This document shows positions 48,651 to 62,080 of a DNA stretch of 64,000 nucleotides, piece by piece. The DNA is taken from positions 682,001-746,000 of the forward strand of contig NW_027590123.1 of the NCBI RefSeq assembly GCF_964213995.1. The letters are read 5' to 3'. Under the pieces are notes generated by a model. The model was given only the letters and a program-made list of their open reading frames with translations. It searched no databases and was not told where the DNA came from. The translations under genes were made by a program, and so were the position numbers. Origin of the DNA: Mustelus asterias (lineage: Eukaryota). Every line of letters begins with the position of its first letter. Within the stretch, counting starts at the first letter, position 1.

Positions 48651-49585
48651 ACGGCGACACAAAGATAAGTGGAAAAGTGAATCGTGTGGAGGACGGAGAA
48701 GATCTGCAGAGAGATTTGGACAGGCTGAGTGAGTGGGCGAGGATATGGCAAATGGAGTATAACGTTGAGAAATGCGACGTTATACACTTTGGAGGAAATA
48801 ATAACAAATGGGATTACTATCTCAATGGAAACAAATTAAAACATGCTACCGTGCAAAGGGACCTGGGGGTCCTTGTGCATGAGACGCAAAAGCCCAGTCT
48901 GCAGGTACAACAGGTGATCAAGAAGGCAAATGGGATGTTGGCCTATATTGCGAGGGGGATAGAATATAAAAGCAGGGATGTCTTGATGCACCTGTACAGG
49001 GCATTGGTGAGGCCGCAGCTGGAATACTGTGTGCAGTATTGGTCCCCTTATATGAAGAAGGATATATTGGCATTGTAGGGAGTGCAGAGAAGGTTCACCA
49101 GGTTGATACCGGAGATGAGGGGTTTGGATTATGAGGAGAGGCTGAGGAGATTGGGTTTGTACTCGTTGGAGTTTAGAAGGATGAGGGGGGATCTTATGGA
49201 GACTTATAAGATAATGCGGGGGCTGGATAGGGTGGAGGCGGAGAGATTCTTTCCACTTAGTAAGGAAGTTAAAACTAGAGGACACAGCCTCAAAATAAAG
49301 GGGGGTCGGTTTAAGACAGAGTTGAGGAGGAACGTCTTCTCCCAGAGGGTGGTGAATCTCTGGAATTCTCTGCCCACTGAGGTGGTGGAGGCTACCTCGC
49401 TGAATATGTTTAAAGCGCGGATGGATGGATTCCTGATCGGTAAGGGTATTAAGGGTTATGGGGATCAGGCGGGTAAGTGGTACTGATCCAGTCAGATCAG
49501 CCATGATCCTATTGAATGGTGGGGCAGGCTCGAGGGGCTAGATGGCCTACTCCTGCTCCTATTTCTTATGTTCTTATGTTCTTAT
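48651..49585 (+). mobile_element. CR1 3' fragment (young, one stop)
   Basis: ORFs 48677..49078 and 49082..49486 are in one frame separated by TAG. TTCTTATG tandem tail. Confidence 0.93.
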
Positions 49586-50039
49586 GTGCTTTATCTGTCT
49601 TTGTCTTTCTCCTCTCTGATTCTATGTCTTGTTTTGTCTCTCCACGATGGGTCAATGTCTTTACTCAACAACATCAAGTCAAACTCCAGCAAATGTATTC
49701 TCTCAGGTCTATTTTCAGGCCTCTAACTAAATGGATTTAATTCAATCTATAGAGGGAGCTTTTCTCCAATATGTATCTTGATCATTCCCTGTATCTAACC
49801 CTTTCTGTCCCAGCGTCCAATTGTTTCAATGGACAGTGTAGAGAGATTTTTACTGCTTCTAAACAGTCTTCATTTGCTGGAAATGCTTGATTGAGATAGT
49901 GTGGATGGAGTTTCACTTTTTATCTATCCCGTGCTACACCTGCTTGGGAGTGTTTAATGTTGCACTGTGCAGGGAGCTTTACATTCGGTGCCTAAACACA
50001 TGCTACACCTGCCCTTGGAATGTTTGATGGGACACTCGG

Positions 50040-51540
50040 CCCTGTCTCTATATTGCACTCATCTGTGACCTGTCTCTGCTGATGTTAAATTAACTAATCC
50101 CTGTTTCGGTTTATATTAAAGAAGATTTTGTCTCTGTTCACATTACACTAGACGTACTTTCTGTTTATAATAAACTAGATGCTGTCTCTGTTTATATTAC
50201 ACGTCACCATGTCTCTGTTCATATTGAGATCGACAATGACTCTGCTTTTATTAATGTAGACCAGTCTCTGTACTAAACTGGATGCACTTGACCATGTCCA
50301 TGTTCATTTTATATTGGGCACGGACTCAGTTATTACTGTACTGGACAATGCGCAATAATGTGAAAAGTGGCTATGGGAACACGATTCTCTGCATCCTCCT
50401 ACAGATACAACTCTGACGGATGGAGACAAGTCTTGGGAACTGGAAAAGAAGAAGTGATATTTGAAAGCTCATTCTACTGATGCATTGAAAATAGATATCA
50501 AAACCTGCGCAGCATACACTGTCGATCCAATATTTTCCGTTTCAAGATCCTGCTGAATACAGATGTTTATAGCCCAGCATATTTATGCATTATATTATCT
50601 CTCTACCTCACAGAACCGTTGAGTAATGTTCATGGAGCCATAGTTCAGACAGAGGAATACTATAGTGCAGTAATAACAGTGACCTGGTCTCGCGAATTAT
50701 AGACAGAGTCAGGATCAAATGTCATATAAACAGGGATTGGGTCTAGTGCATCATAAACTAAGCTCTGGTCAAGCGGAATATTAACAGAGACAGGATCTAT
50801 TTTAATATTAACAGAGGCCTGATGCAGTGGAATAGAAATGAGTTCGTGCTGAGTGCCTTGTGGGAAGTTAAAGGCGAAATACTGGCCTTACCAGAGACAC
50901 CCACATCCCATGAAATAAATATTTTAAAAATATGAATGACATCAACGAATACAAGAAAAACTGAGATGGTGTCCAGTGCAATTTAACCGAATGCAGTTAC
51001 TTGCGCGATATAAACTGAGACACATAGTGTCAATTACTGATACAGGCCTGAACCGATATTAACGGAGGCAGAGCTTAGAGCATTAGGAGTAATTACTGAT
51101 ACAGAATCTGGACTGACATAAACTGAGACAGAGTCCAGTGTGTTAGTGATCATTACTGATGCAGGACCTAGACTGATAAAAACTGAGACAGAATTTAGTG
51201 TGTTATTAATGACTAGAGGTACGATATTTAGACTGATATAAACTCAGAAAGAGTCTAGCGCATTGGTAATAATTATTAATATGTGATCTAGACTGGCATA
51301 CACTGAGATATGGACAATGCAGCAAATTAGAGGGATCACATGATGCAATAATAACAGAGGCAGGGCACAGTGTTGAATAAACAAATACATGCACTTGTGC
51401 AGCATTAACTAAAACAGTGTCGAGTTTATTAGATCTAATGAACCATTAGAGTAATGACAGTGACCGAAACTTGTGTAACGCAAGAAGGATGTTGGTCCAG
51501 TCTAGGAGTCACAGATAAAGGTTCTGATGCAGTAGGAATT
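50040..51540. repeat. Degenerate 27-bp tandem repeat, two tracts in opposite orientation
   Basis: Unit approximately CCTGTCTCTGTTTATATTACACTAGAC, in register at 50131, 50158, 50185, 50212 and 50239. The reverse orientation starts at about 50655. Related tracts at about 33560-34070, 41836-42430 and 43290-43620. Confidence 0.7.
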
Positions 51541-51979
51541 GAGACACCGTCTCTTCCCAGATTAAAGATTTAAAGCTTATTTATTAGTGTCATAAGTCGG
51601 CTTTCATTCACACTGCAATGAAGTTACTGTGAAGAACCCCGAGTGGTCACACTCCGGTGTCTGTTTGAGTACACCGAGGGAGAATTTAGCATGGCCAAAA
51701 TGCACCAAACCAGCACCTCTTTCGGACGGTGAGTGGAAACCAGAGCACCCGGAGGAAACCCACGCAGACATAAGGATAACGTGCCGACTCCACACAGACA
51801 GTCACCCATGTTGGGAATTGAACCCGGGTCCCTGGCACTGTGCCACCGTGCCGCCCTGATTAACTGAAACATATTTCAGCACAGTCATAATTCAGAAACC
51901 ATCGTGTAAACAGGCTTTGGCTTCACTTATGAATAACTGATAATGAGCCGAGTAGAGAACTAACAGAGACAGGACATAT

Positions 51980-53165
51980 GGATTATATGGTTTATATGGA
52001 TTTTAGCAAGGCATTCGATAAGGTCCCCCATGCAAGGCTTCTAGAAAAAGTGAGATGGCATGGGATCCAAGGGGCTGCTGCCGGTGGATCCAGAACTGGC
52101 TTGCCCAAAGGAGGCAGATAGTGTGCATAGATGGGTCTTTTTCTAATTGGAGGTTGGTCACCAGTGGTGTGCCCCAGGGATCTGTTCTGGGACCCTTGCT
52201 GTTTGTCATTTTCATAAATGACACGGATGAGGAAGCGGAGGGATGGGTTAAGTTTGCCGACGACACGAAGGTTGGTGGGGTTGTGGATAGTCTGGAGGGA
52301 TGCTAGAAGTTACAGAGGGACATAGATAGGATGCAAGACTGGGTGGGCAAGTGGCAGATGGACTTCAACCCAGATAAATGCGTCGTGGTCCATTTTGGTA
52401 GGTCAAATGGGATGAAGGAGTACAATATAAAGGGAAAGACTCTTAGTACTGTAGAGGATCAGAAGGACCTTGGGATACGGGTCCATAGGACTCTGAAATC
52501 GGCCCCGCAGGTGGAGGAGGTGGTTAAGAAGGCGTATGGTGTGCTGGCCTTTATCAATCAAGGGATTGAGTTTAGGAGTCCGGGGATAATGATGCAGCTA
52601 TATAAAACCCTCATCAGACCCCACTTGGAGTACTGTGCTCAGTTCTGCTCGCCTCACTATAGGAAGGATGTGGAAAAGATTGAAAGGGTGCAGAGGAAAT
52701 TTACAAGGATGTTGCCTGGATTGAGTGGCAAGCCTTATGAGGATAGGCTGAGGGAGCTCGGTCTTTTCTCCTTGGAGAGACGAAGGATGAGAGCAGACCG
52801 AATAGAGGTGTATAAGATGTTGAGAGGCATAGATCGGGTGGACTCTCAGAGGCTTTTTCCCAGGGTGGAAATGTCTGCTACGAGAGGACACAGGTTTAAG
52901 GTGCTGGGGGGGGGGGGGGGGTAGGTACAGGGGAGATGTTATGGGTAAGTTTTTCACACAGAGGGTGGTGGGCGAGTGAAATCGGCTGCCGTCAGTGGTG
53001 GTGGAGGCGAACTCAATAGGGTATCTTAAGAGACTCCTGGATGAGTACATGGAGCTTAATAGGATGGAGGGTTACAGGTAGGTCTAGAAGGTAGGGACGT
53101 GTTCGGCACAACTTGTGGGCCGAAGGGCCTGTTTGTGCTGTTGTTTTTCTATGTTCTATGTTCTA
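51980..53165 (+). mobile_element. CR1 3' fragment
   Basis: [29 protein letters not shown] and a TGTTCTA tail. A related 3' piece lies inverted at 54905-55190. Confidence 0.93.
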
Positions 53166-55639
53166 GGACATGCTGTAATGTGGCTGGGACATGGCCTGTT
53201 GCAATGCAAACAGACGTGGGGGCTAGTTGAACGTAATCAGATATATGACATGTTCAAAATCATTTAATGAGGTTTTGCTGTCACTGGTAACGTAGGATTT
53301 GTTGCCACTTCTATTTTTTCCTTTGAGAATGTGCCAGTGAGCCCTCTTTTTAAATCGTTGCATTCCCTATGAGTAAGTACACATACAGTGCTGATGGGAA
53401 GGGAGTTGCAAGATTTTCATCCGTTGACACTGAAAAAATAGTGATATAGATCCCAGTCAAGACGGTGTGGAGGTTTTATGGGCATTTGCAGGTAATTGTA
53501 TTCTCCTGCCTCTGCTGCCCATGTCATTTTAAGTGTCAGAGTTAATGTGTTTGGAAGTTGCTACCAAAGGATTATGTTGCTGCTACACAAGTTGTAAATG
53601 GGTCACACGGCTAGAGTTGTACATCTGTGATGCAGAGAGTGAATGTTTAAAGTGGTTGATGGGGTGTTCATCCAGCCGCCTGCTTTTTGCTGGGTGGTTT
53701 CGAGCTTTTTGGTTGTTGCTTCAGTACCACGCGCCAGGCAAGTGGAGAATCACAATCCTGACTTTTGCCTTTATATGATGGATAGGGTTTGGGAAGTCAG
53801 GAGGTGAGTTACTCCACGCACAATTCCCAGCCTCTGACCTGTTTTTGTAGCAATATTATTGACATGGCTGTCCCAGTTCAATTTTCCATCAATGGCAATT
53901 CCCAGAATGATGATAGTGGGGTTTCAGCTGTAGTCATTCAATTAATGGCAAGCGGAGATGATTGCAATCTCCGTTACCTGAAGGGGTCATTGCCTGTCAC
54001 CCCGGTGGCGTGAATGTCACATGCCACTTCACAGCCAAAGCCTGAATGTTTTCTAAGTCTTTCTGCTGACGGACACGGACTGCCTCAGTATCTGAGAAGT
54101 TGTAAATGTGCTGAACATCGTGCAATCATCAGTGAACATCCCACTTCTGAGCTTGTATTGAAGCGTGAATATTAGGCCGAGGGCACTATCCTGAGGAGTT
54201 CCTTCAGCAAATGCCCTGTGACTGAGATGATTGGCTTTCAACAGCCACAGCCATCTTACTCTGTGCTCGGTATGACTGAAGCCAGTGGAATGTTTTGTTT
54301 TCCCCCGGATCCCCATTGACTGCAGCTTTGCTCGGGCTTATTGATGCCACAATCGGTCAACTGCTGCGTTGATGCCGAGGGCAGGCACTCTCACCTCACC
54401 TCATTAAAGCAGCTATTTCCACTAGATTTGGACTAAGCTTAAATGATTTCTGGAACTGAGTGCTCCGAGTGGGACCCAAACAGAGCATCATTGAGCAGAT
54501 TACTATTATTTGTAGTTGTAGCAGTATTGATATTATTATATTATTATTACTTTTTTAGATGATCCTTCATACTTACCATTACGTTGATCGAGTGAGGACG
54601 CATTGGGCGGTAATTGGTCGGGTTGGGTTTGTCCTACCTTCAGAAACAGGTCACGTCTGCCAATTTTCACACTGTTGTGTATGTGACCGTGATGTAGCTG
54701 TACTTGAATAGATTGGCTGAGGCTCAGCTAGCTCCAGAGCACAAACCGTTATTATTATTGCTGAAATATTGTCAGGATCCATAATCTTTGCAGTATCCAA
54801 TGCTTTCAGCACAGGGTTAGGCCACAGATCAATCATGATCATATTGCATGGCGGAGCGGGCTCCAGGGGCTGAATGGTCTACTCCTGTTCCTATCCTCAA
54901 TGTTATAGAAACATAGAAATATAGAAAACTACAGCACAAAACAGGCCCTTCGGCCCCACAAGTTGTACCGAACATATCCCTACCTTTTAGGCCTACTTGT
55001 AACCCTCCATCCTATTAAGTCCCATGTACAGGAGTCCAGGAGTCTCTTAAAAGACCCTATTGAGTTTGCCTCCACCACCACTGACGGCAGCCGATTCCAA
55101 TCGCCCACCGCCCTCTGTGTGAAAAACTTATCCCTAACATTTCCCCTGTACCTACCACCCAGCACCTTAAACCTGTGTCCTCTCGTAGCATGTTGAATGA
55201 ATTGACCTCCTTGGAGACTGGCATCTGTGATGTTCGGGGCATCAGGGGAAGGCAGAGATGGAACATCTTCTGCCTGAACATAGGAGCAATTGTTTCAGTC
55301 TTGTTTCTTTTCCCTTTCGTTTGAGGCTCCTGCTGCAGTTACTTGTTTAAATGTCCATCACCATTCAGGACTGCATGTGGCAGAACTGCAAAGTTAATGT
55401 CCAGTTAGTCTTTATTGAGGCAGTGCCTTCTTCATGTAATGTAAACCATCAAGATGCCAATTCCATCTGCTGGCAAAATTCTGCAATTACAGTTACTGTA
55501 AATATATCGCTGTCAGGTACGATTTATGACAGTAATATACAAAGAATTCACATTCATAAATGTAAGACCACATCCCCTTCTGCAGAAAGTGCCCAAATTT
55601 AAGGTGCAACGAATTATAGATGAGATGTACGTTGCTGAA

Positions 55640-56445
55640 TAATACAGGTTAAGTTGTGTCCCGCAGGAATCTGTCTTGAGGTCTCAATTATTTACAATAT
55701 TCATAATGGCTTAGATAATGCCACAAAAAGTCAAATAATCCAAATGAAAGATCAAGGTAGTTTTTAGAAGGCACAAAATTAAATTTAGTGGATGCCCAGC
55801 GAGATTTGGGACTTCAAGTGAATAGCTTCTTAAAATGCCACGAACTGATGCAGAAAATAGTCAAGCAGGTCAACGGAATTTTGGCCTTTGTATCTACAGG
55901 ACTGGAGTATAGCGATGCAGATGTTATGCTGCAATTATGCAAAATCCTGGTTAGAGTCCACCTGGAGTACTGTGCACAGGTTTGGGCACCACACCTTTGC
56001 AAAGATTTTGGCTTTGGAGGGAGTTGAATGCAGGTTCACAAGAATTATATCTGGCCTTCAGGGGTTACGTTGCGAGGAGAAATTAGACAAATTGGGACTT
56101 TTTCTCTCGAATTCAGAAGCTTGAGGAGTGCGGATAATTTTTTTTCCACCAGTTGAAGGCTCTAGAATAAAGGGCCATAATGAAACAAAAACAGGGCCAA
56201 GCCGTTCAGGAGAGTTGATAGAAAGTATTTCTACACCCAGAGAGTGGTGGACTTTAGGAACTCTCTTCCGCAAAGGCCAGTGGGTGCTGGTTTAATTATT
56301 AAATTTATGTCTGAGGTCGATTTTTTTATTGAACAGGGGTATCAAGGGATATGGGCCAAGGGCAGGTACATAGGGTTTGGCCACAGATCAGCGATGATCT
56401 TATGAATGGGGGGCGAGTTCGAGAAGCTGAATGGCCTGCGTCTGC
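55640..56445 (+). mobile_element. Old CR1 fragment
   Basis: QRDLGL and LVRVHLEYCAQVWAPH. Confidence 0.75.
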
Positions 56446-56729
56446 TTTTTTTATTCATTCTTGGGACATGGGCTTCGCTGGCTGGTCAACATTTATTCCC
56501 CATACCTAGTTGCCCTTGAGAAGGTTATGGTGAGTTGCCTTCTTGGATCGCTGCCGTACATGTTCTGTGGGTAGACCCACAATGCCGTTAGGGAGGAAAT
56601 TTAAGGATTTTGACTCAGCGTTTGTGAAGGAACGGCGACATATTTCCAAGTCAGGATGGTGAGTGGCTTGGAGGGGAACTTCTGCTCCTCTGTTCCTATG
56701 TTGCCAGGTCAGCATCAGAGCATAATGCC

Positions 56730-56869
56730 TCAATCCACGGTAATGTATATTTGTTCATTTTGGTTAGAAGGAGGAATGCTGACCAGGGCGCTGTTGGAGA
56801 CAATGGGACCTTTAATGTTCAGTTCAGCAAACATGGTCTTGAGGAAAATTTGTTTGTTCTTCATTTCAT
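56730..56869 (-). other. Putative terminal cytoplasmic exon with ITIM-like motifs
   Basis: CTATCTTTCAG| phase 1, open frame EMKNKQIFLKTMFAELNIKGPIVSNSALVSIPPSNQNEQIYITVD*. Confidence 0.35.
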
Positions 56870-56942
56870 CTGAAAGATAGTTGGGGTAATTGTCTTCTAA
56901 ACCCCCCAGGAAGCAAAGATGGAGTCTTAAATTGAAGGAAAA

Positions 56943-56980
<38 letters not shown>

Positions 56981-58824
56981 CGTTGTCTGAAAAACGTCAT
57001 ATTGTTTACAAATCAATTTCACAATGATAACCGACGTCCTTCCATTTAAAATAAAAAATAGACACAGAGTAAACACATCAATTTCAGAATGGTTTCTTTT
57101 TCAAATGTCACCTTTGTTGATGACTGAGAAGGACAATTTTTGAGAGGTTGGCTCTGTTACAAGTGCTGCCCATGAAGCTACCAATTGTGGTTTTATGTTG
57201 TCGTTTTCTGTGTCATGAATGAGACCGAGGAGGTTTGATGGAGTGCGACTTTTTCCCAAGCATGGTAGTCCCTGCTCTGCTACAAGTGCTGAATGTCTTG
57301 ATGAGATTGACGAAGGTAAAGATAAGTACATAGGGCATATGAAGCAGATACTTTCCAGAGTCAATCTTCCATTAAAAACACAACATTGTGCTTCAGGATA
57401 ATCCGGATCTTCAAACAGATGAATGTTTTCAGATGTGTCGCTGGCAATGATGTACATATATCTGTAGTTGTTGCAGTGTCCTTTGGCGGCTTTTTTTCCC
57501 GGTAGTGTTGTGCTTTTGAATCATGCATCTCCTGTGGCGCGCATGCTATCTTCCATTAAGAAAGAGAAGATTATAAATGTTCATAAAGTTGGTATTTATT
57601 TTCACCAATTGCCATCCATTCACAAAGTTGCATAAATTTGTTCACCAGTTATCAACCATTCATAAACATTAATATATTTACGTTTTAATTTAAGGGATGT
57701 GATCGTTGCTGGCAAGGTCAACATTTGTTGCCTATCCCTAATTGCCCTCAGTAAGCTGGTGGCGAGCTACCTTCGTGAATTGCTGCGAAGCCTGTGGTGT
57801 ATGTACTCACACAGTGCAGTTACAGAGGGTATTCCAGGATTTCAATCGAGCGACAGTGAAGGAAGGGCGATATTTTTCCAAGTCAGTTATATGACTGACT
57901 TGGAGTGGAATTTACAGGTGATATTCCCAGGTAACTCTTACCCCTGTTCTTCCAAATGGTAACAGTCCTGTGGTTGGAAGGTGTTGCCTAATGAGTCTTG
58001 GTGAGTTCCTGAAGTGAAACTTGTAGATGGTGTATAATGCTGCTGTTGTTTGTCGGTGATGGAGGGAGTGAGCATTTGCAAATGCTATGCCAGTCAAGCC
58101 GCCTGCTTTGTCCTGAATGCTATAAAGCTTCTTGAATGTTGTTTGAGCTGCACTCATTCAAGCAAGTGGAGAGAACTCAATTACTCCTGAGTTGTTGTTT
58201 GTAGGTGGTGGACAGGTTTGGGGAGTCAGGAGGTTAGTTAGTCACAGCAAGCTGACCTGATATTCCAGCCGGAGCATTTATATATCTAGTTAATTCAGCG
58301 ATTAGCCAATGGTAACCCCGACGATGTTCATAGTGGGTGATTCAGTATCGTAATATCATTGAATAACAAGGAGCAATGGGTAGATTCTCTCTTTTTGGAG
58401 ATGGTCATTGCCTGGCGCTAATATTACTGATAATCTGCAAATCACAAAAACAAATAAATATTTCACAAATTATTTTCAGCATTTTATTGGTACAAATATA
58501 GTTGCAGTTTATTTATTGTAGTTTATTGAGATTCAAATTTATTGAGGTCACTTTGGCCTTTCTGTCACCAAAGAATCAAATCTGTCCCAGAATTCAGCGG
58601 GAAGTCGAATCAAATCAGACCGAGGATAATGAGCAGCGACCCAGCAGCCTCTGCGCTTTATTGACACGTAATCACCTCATCATCACACACAAACCCCTGA
58701 TATATAACTGGAGTGTGTAACCATTTTTAAAGTGACTGTAGAACTGAAAGTACCTGTATCTAATGTCACATATAATTTATAATATCTAATATGACGTTAT
58801 AGAATCTTAAGATCCAGATTAATT

Positions 58825-59152
58825 ATTCATAGAACAAAGAATCTACAGTGCAGAATGAGACCACTGGGCCCATCGAGTCTGGAGCGACCTCAATCCTACC
58901 CAGGCCCTATTCCCGTGACCCCTCATATTAACCCCATTAATACCCCTGACACAAGGGTTAATTCAGCATGGCCAATCAACCTGAACTGCATATGTTCCGA
59001 CTGCAGGAGGATACTAGAATACCCGGAGGAAAGCCACACAGACAAGGAGAGAAACTGCAAAGTCCACAAAGACAGTGACCTGAGGACGGAATTGAACCCG
59101 GGTCCCTGGCGTTGTGAGGCAGCAGGGCTAACCAATATGACACCGTGTCGCC
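58825..59152 (-). mobile_element. HE1-like V-SINE
   Basis: Reverse-complement head, core and tail. Confidence 0.8.
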
Positions 59153-59369
59153 CTTGCACACTTACACAGTACTGGAAAGTCATTTACCACTTGGATCTGT
59201 CCAGTGAGTTTCACAACATTTCAATTGCCTCATTAATTTTTTAGCCTGTTACCTTCACTAATTTAGGTGATGATATGTTGAGTGATTTGTTGCACTAGAA
59301 AGGGCCATATGTTCCAAATATTACAATCCTCCCCCTCAACCTAATCCCTCTTTCCATCTTGGATTTGAA

Positions 59370-59945
59370 GATTTTGAAGACATCGGTGAGGCTACACTTG
59401 GAATGCTGTGTACAGTTCTGGTCACCCTATTATAGAACGGATATTATTAAACTGGAAAGAATGCAGAAAGGTTTTACTAGAATGCTACGAGGCCTTGATG
59501 GTTTGAGTTGTAGGGAGAGGCTGGATAGACTGGGACTTTTTCTCCGGAGCGTAGGAGGATTGGGGGGATCTTATAGATGTCTATAAAATAATGAGGCGCA
59601 TAGATCAGCTCGATAGTCAATATATTTTCCCAATTGTAGAGGAGTCTAAAACGAGAGGGCATAGGTTGATGATGAGAGTGGAGAGATACAAAATGGTTCA
59701 GAGGGGATATTGTTTCACACAGAGTGTGGCAAGTGTCTGGAACAGGCTGCAAGAGGTAGTGGTAGAGGCGGGTACAATTTTGTCTTTTAAAAAGGGTTTA
59801 GACAGTTACATGGGTAAGATGGGTACAGAGGGTTATGGGCCAAATGCGGGAAATTGGGACAAGCTTAGTGGCTAATAAAAAGGGCGGTATGGACAAGTTG
59901 GGCCGAAATGCTTGTGTCCATGCTCTCAACCTCTATGACTATGAC
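59370..59945 (+). mobile_element. CR1 3' fragment
   Basis: VRLHLECCVQFWSPYY and a CTCTATGA tail. Confidence 0.9.
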
Positions 59946-60069
59946 TCGAGTCACCGTCAGCAGATGGAAAAAAAATCAGACTGCTCTTAGTTCATTTGTT
60001 CCCGATATCTCGGGGATTGAATTCACCGAGAAAATCTGGAAGGACTAAAAGTTGCAGCACAGCATAAAG

Positions 60070-62080
60070 GTCAAGCACAGCATTAAAGCAAAAGTTAAAG
60101 CATACAAAGCGGCAAAGATTTGTGGGAAGCCAGAGGATTGGGACGTATTTAAAAGCGAGCAGAGGACAACTAAAAAAGCAATAAGGGGAGGAGAAGATGA
60201 AATATGAGTGTAAGCTAGCTAGTAATATAAAATAAGACAGGGGGAGTACTTTTCAATATAAAAAAAGGTAAGAAAGACGCAAGAATTGACATTGGACCAC
60301 TGGAAAATTAGACTGGAGAAGCAATAATAGGAAACAAAGCAATGGCAGAGGACCTGAATAGTTACTTTATATCAGTCTTCACGGTGGAAAACACCAGTGG
60401 AATGCCAGAGCTCCAGGAGATTCTGGGGGCACAGGTGGCTGTAGTGGCCATCACTAAGGAGAAGGTTCTGGGGAAATTGAAAGGTCTGAAGGTGGATAAA
60501 TCACCTGGACCGGAAGGGCTACACTGCAGGGTTCTAAAAGAGATAACTGAGGAAATTGTGGAAGCATTGGTGGTGGTCTTTCAGAAATCACTGGAGGCAG
60601 GGAATGTACCAGAGGACTGGAAAGTAGCGAATGCAACACCACTGTTTCAGATGGTTTAAGGGAGGCAGCAGACGCGAAATTATAGGTTGGTTAGCCTGGC
60701 TTCGTTCAGAGGCAAGACTTTAAATTCCATTATTAAAGATGAGACCGCAGAGTACATGGAAGTGCATGATAAAGTAGGCCTGAGTCCAGTACAGTTTTGT
60801 GAAGGGGAGGTAACATCTGACAAATCTGTTAGAGTTATTTGAGGAGGTAGCAAGGAAGTTAGGTAAAGGAGAGCCAGTGGACATGATTTATTTAGATTTC
60901 CAGAAGGCCTTTGACAAGGTGCCGAAAAAGAGACTGTTAAATAAGTTCAGTGCACATGGTGTTAAGGGTAAGGTCCTGTCATGGATAGAGGATTGGTTGA
61001 TTAGCAGAAGGCAGAGAGTGGGAATAAAGGGGTCTTTCTCAGGATGGCAGCCGGTGACTAGTGGTGTGCCTCAGGAATCAGTATTGGGAACACAACTTTT
61101 CACAGTATGCATTAACGATTTGGAGGAAGGAACTGAAGGCACTGTTGCTCAGGTTGCAGATTATACAAAGATATGTAGAGGGACAGGTAGTATTGAGGAA
61201 ACAGGGGGGCTGCAGAAGGGCTTGGACAGGTTAGCAGAGTCGGCAAAGATGTGGCAGCTGGATTACAATTTGGAAAAGTGTGAGGTTATGCTCTTGGAAG
61301 GAGGAATGGAGGCATAGACTATTTTCTAAATGGGAAAATGCTGAGGAAATCAAAAATACGAAGGGACTTGGGAGTCATTGTTCAAGATTCTCTTAAGGTT
61401 AAAGTGCAGGTTCAGGAAGGCAAATGCAATGTTAGCATTCATGTCGAGAGGGCCAGAATGCAAGAGCAGGGATGTACTTCTGAGTCTGTACAAGGCTCTG
61501 GTCAGACCCAAATGGAGTATTGTGAGCAGTTTTGGGCCCCATATCTAAGGAAGGATGTGCTGGCCATGGAAAGGGTCCAGTGGAGTTTCACAAGAATGAT
61601 TGCTGAAATGAAGAGTTTGCTGTATGAGGAACGGTTGAGTCCTCTGGATCTGTACTCGTTGGAGTTTTGAAAGATGAGGGAAGATCTTATTGAATCTTTC
61701 AGGATACTGCGAGGCCTGGATAGAGTGGGCGTGGAGCGGATGTTTCCACTCGTAGGAAAAACTAGAACCAGAGGGCACAACCTCAGACTAAAGGGACGAT
61801 CCTTTAAAACAGAGATGAGGAGGAATTTCTTCAGCCAGAGTGTGGCGAATCTGTGGATCTCTTGCCGGAGAAGGCTGTGGAGGCCAGGTCATTGGGTGTT
61901 TTTAAGACACAGATAGATGGGTTTGTGATTTATAAGAGGATCAGTGGTTATGGGGAAAAGGCAAGAGAATATGGATGAGAAAAATATCAGCGATCATTGA
62001 ATGGCGGGAGCAGACTCAATGGACCGAGTGGCCTCATTCTGCTCCTATTTCTTATGTCTTCTGGACTTATGGTCTTATAT
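60070..62080 (+). mobile_element. Decayed CR1 (about 2 kb)
   Basis: LKVDKSPGP, YLDFQKAFDKVP and GVPQESVLG, with frameshifts. Confidence 0.9.
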
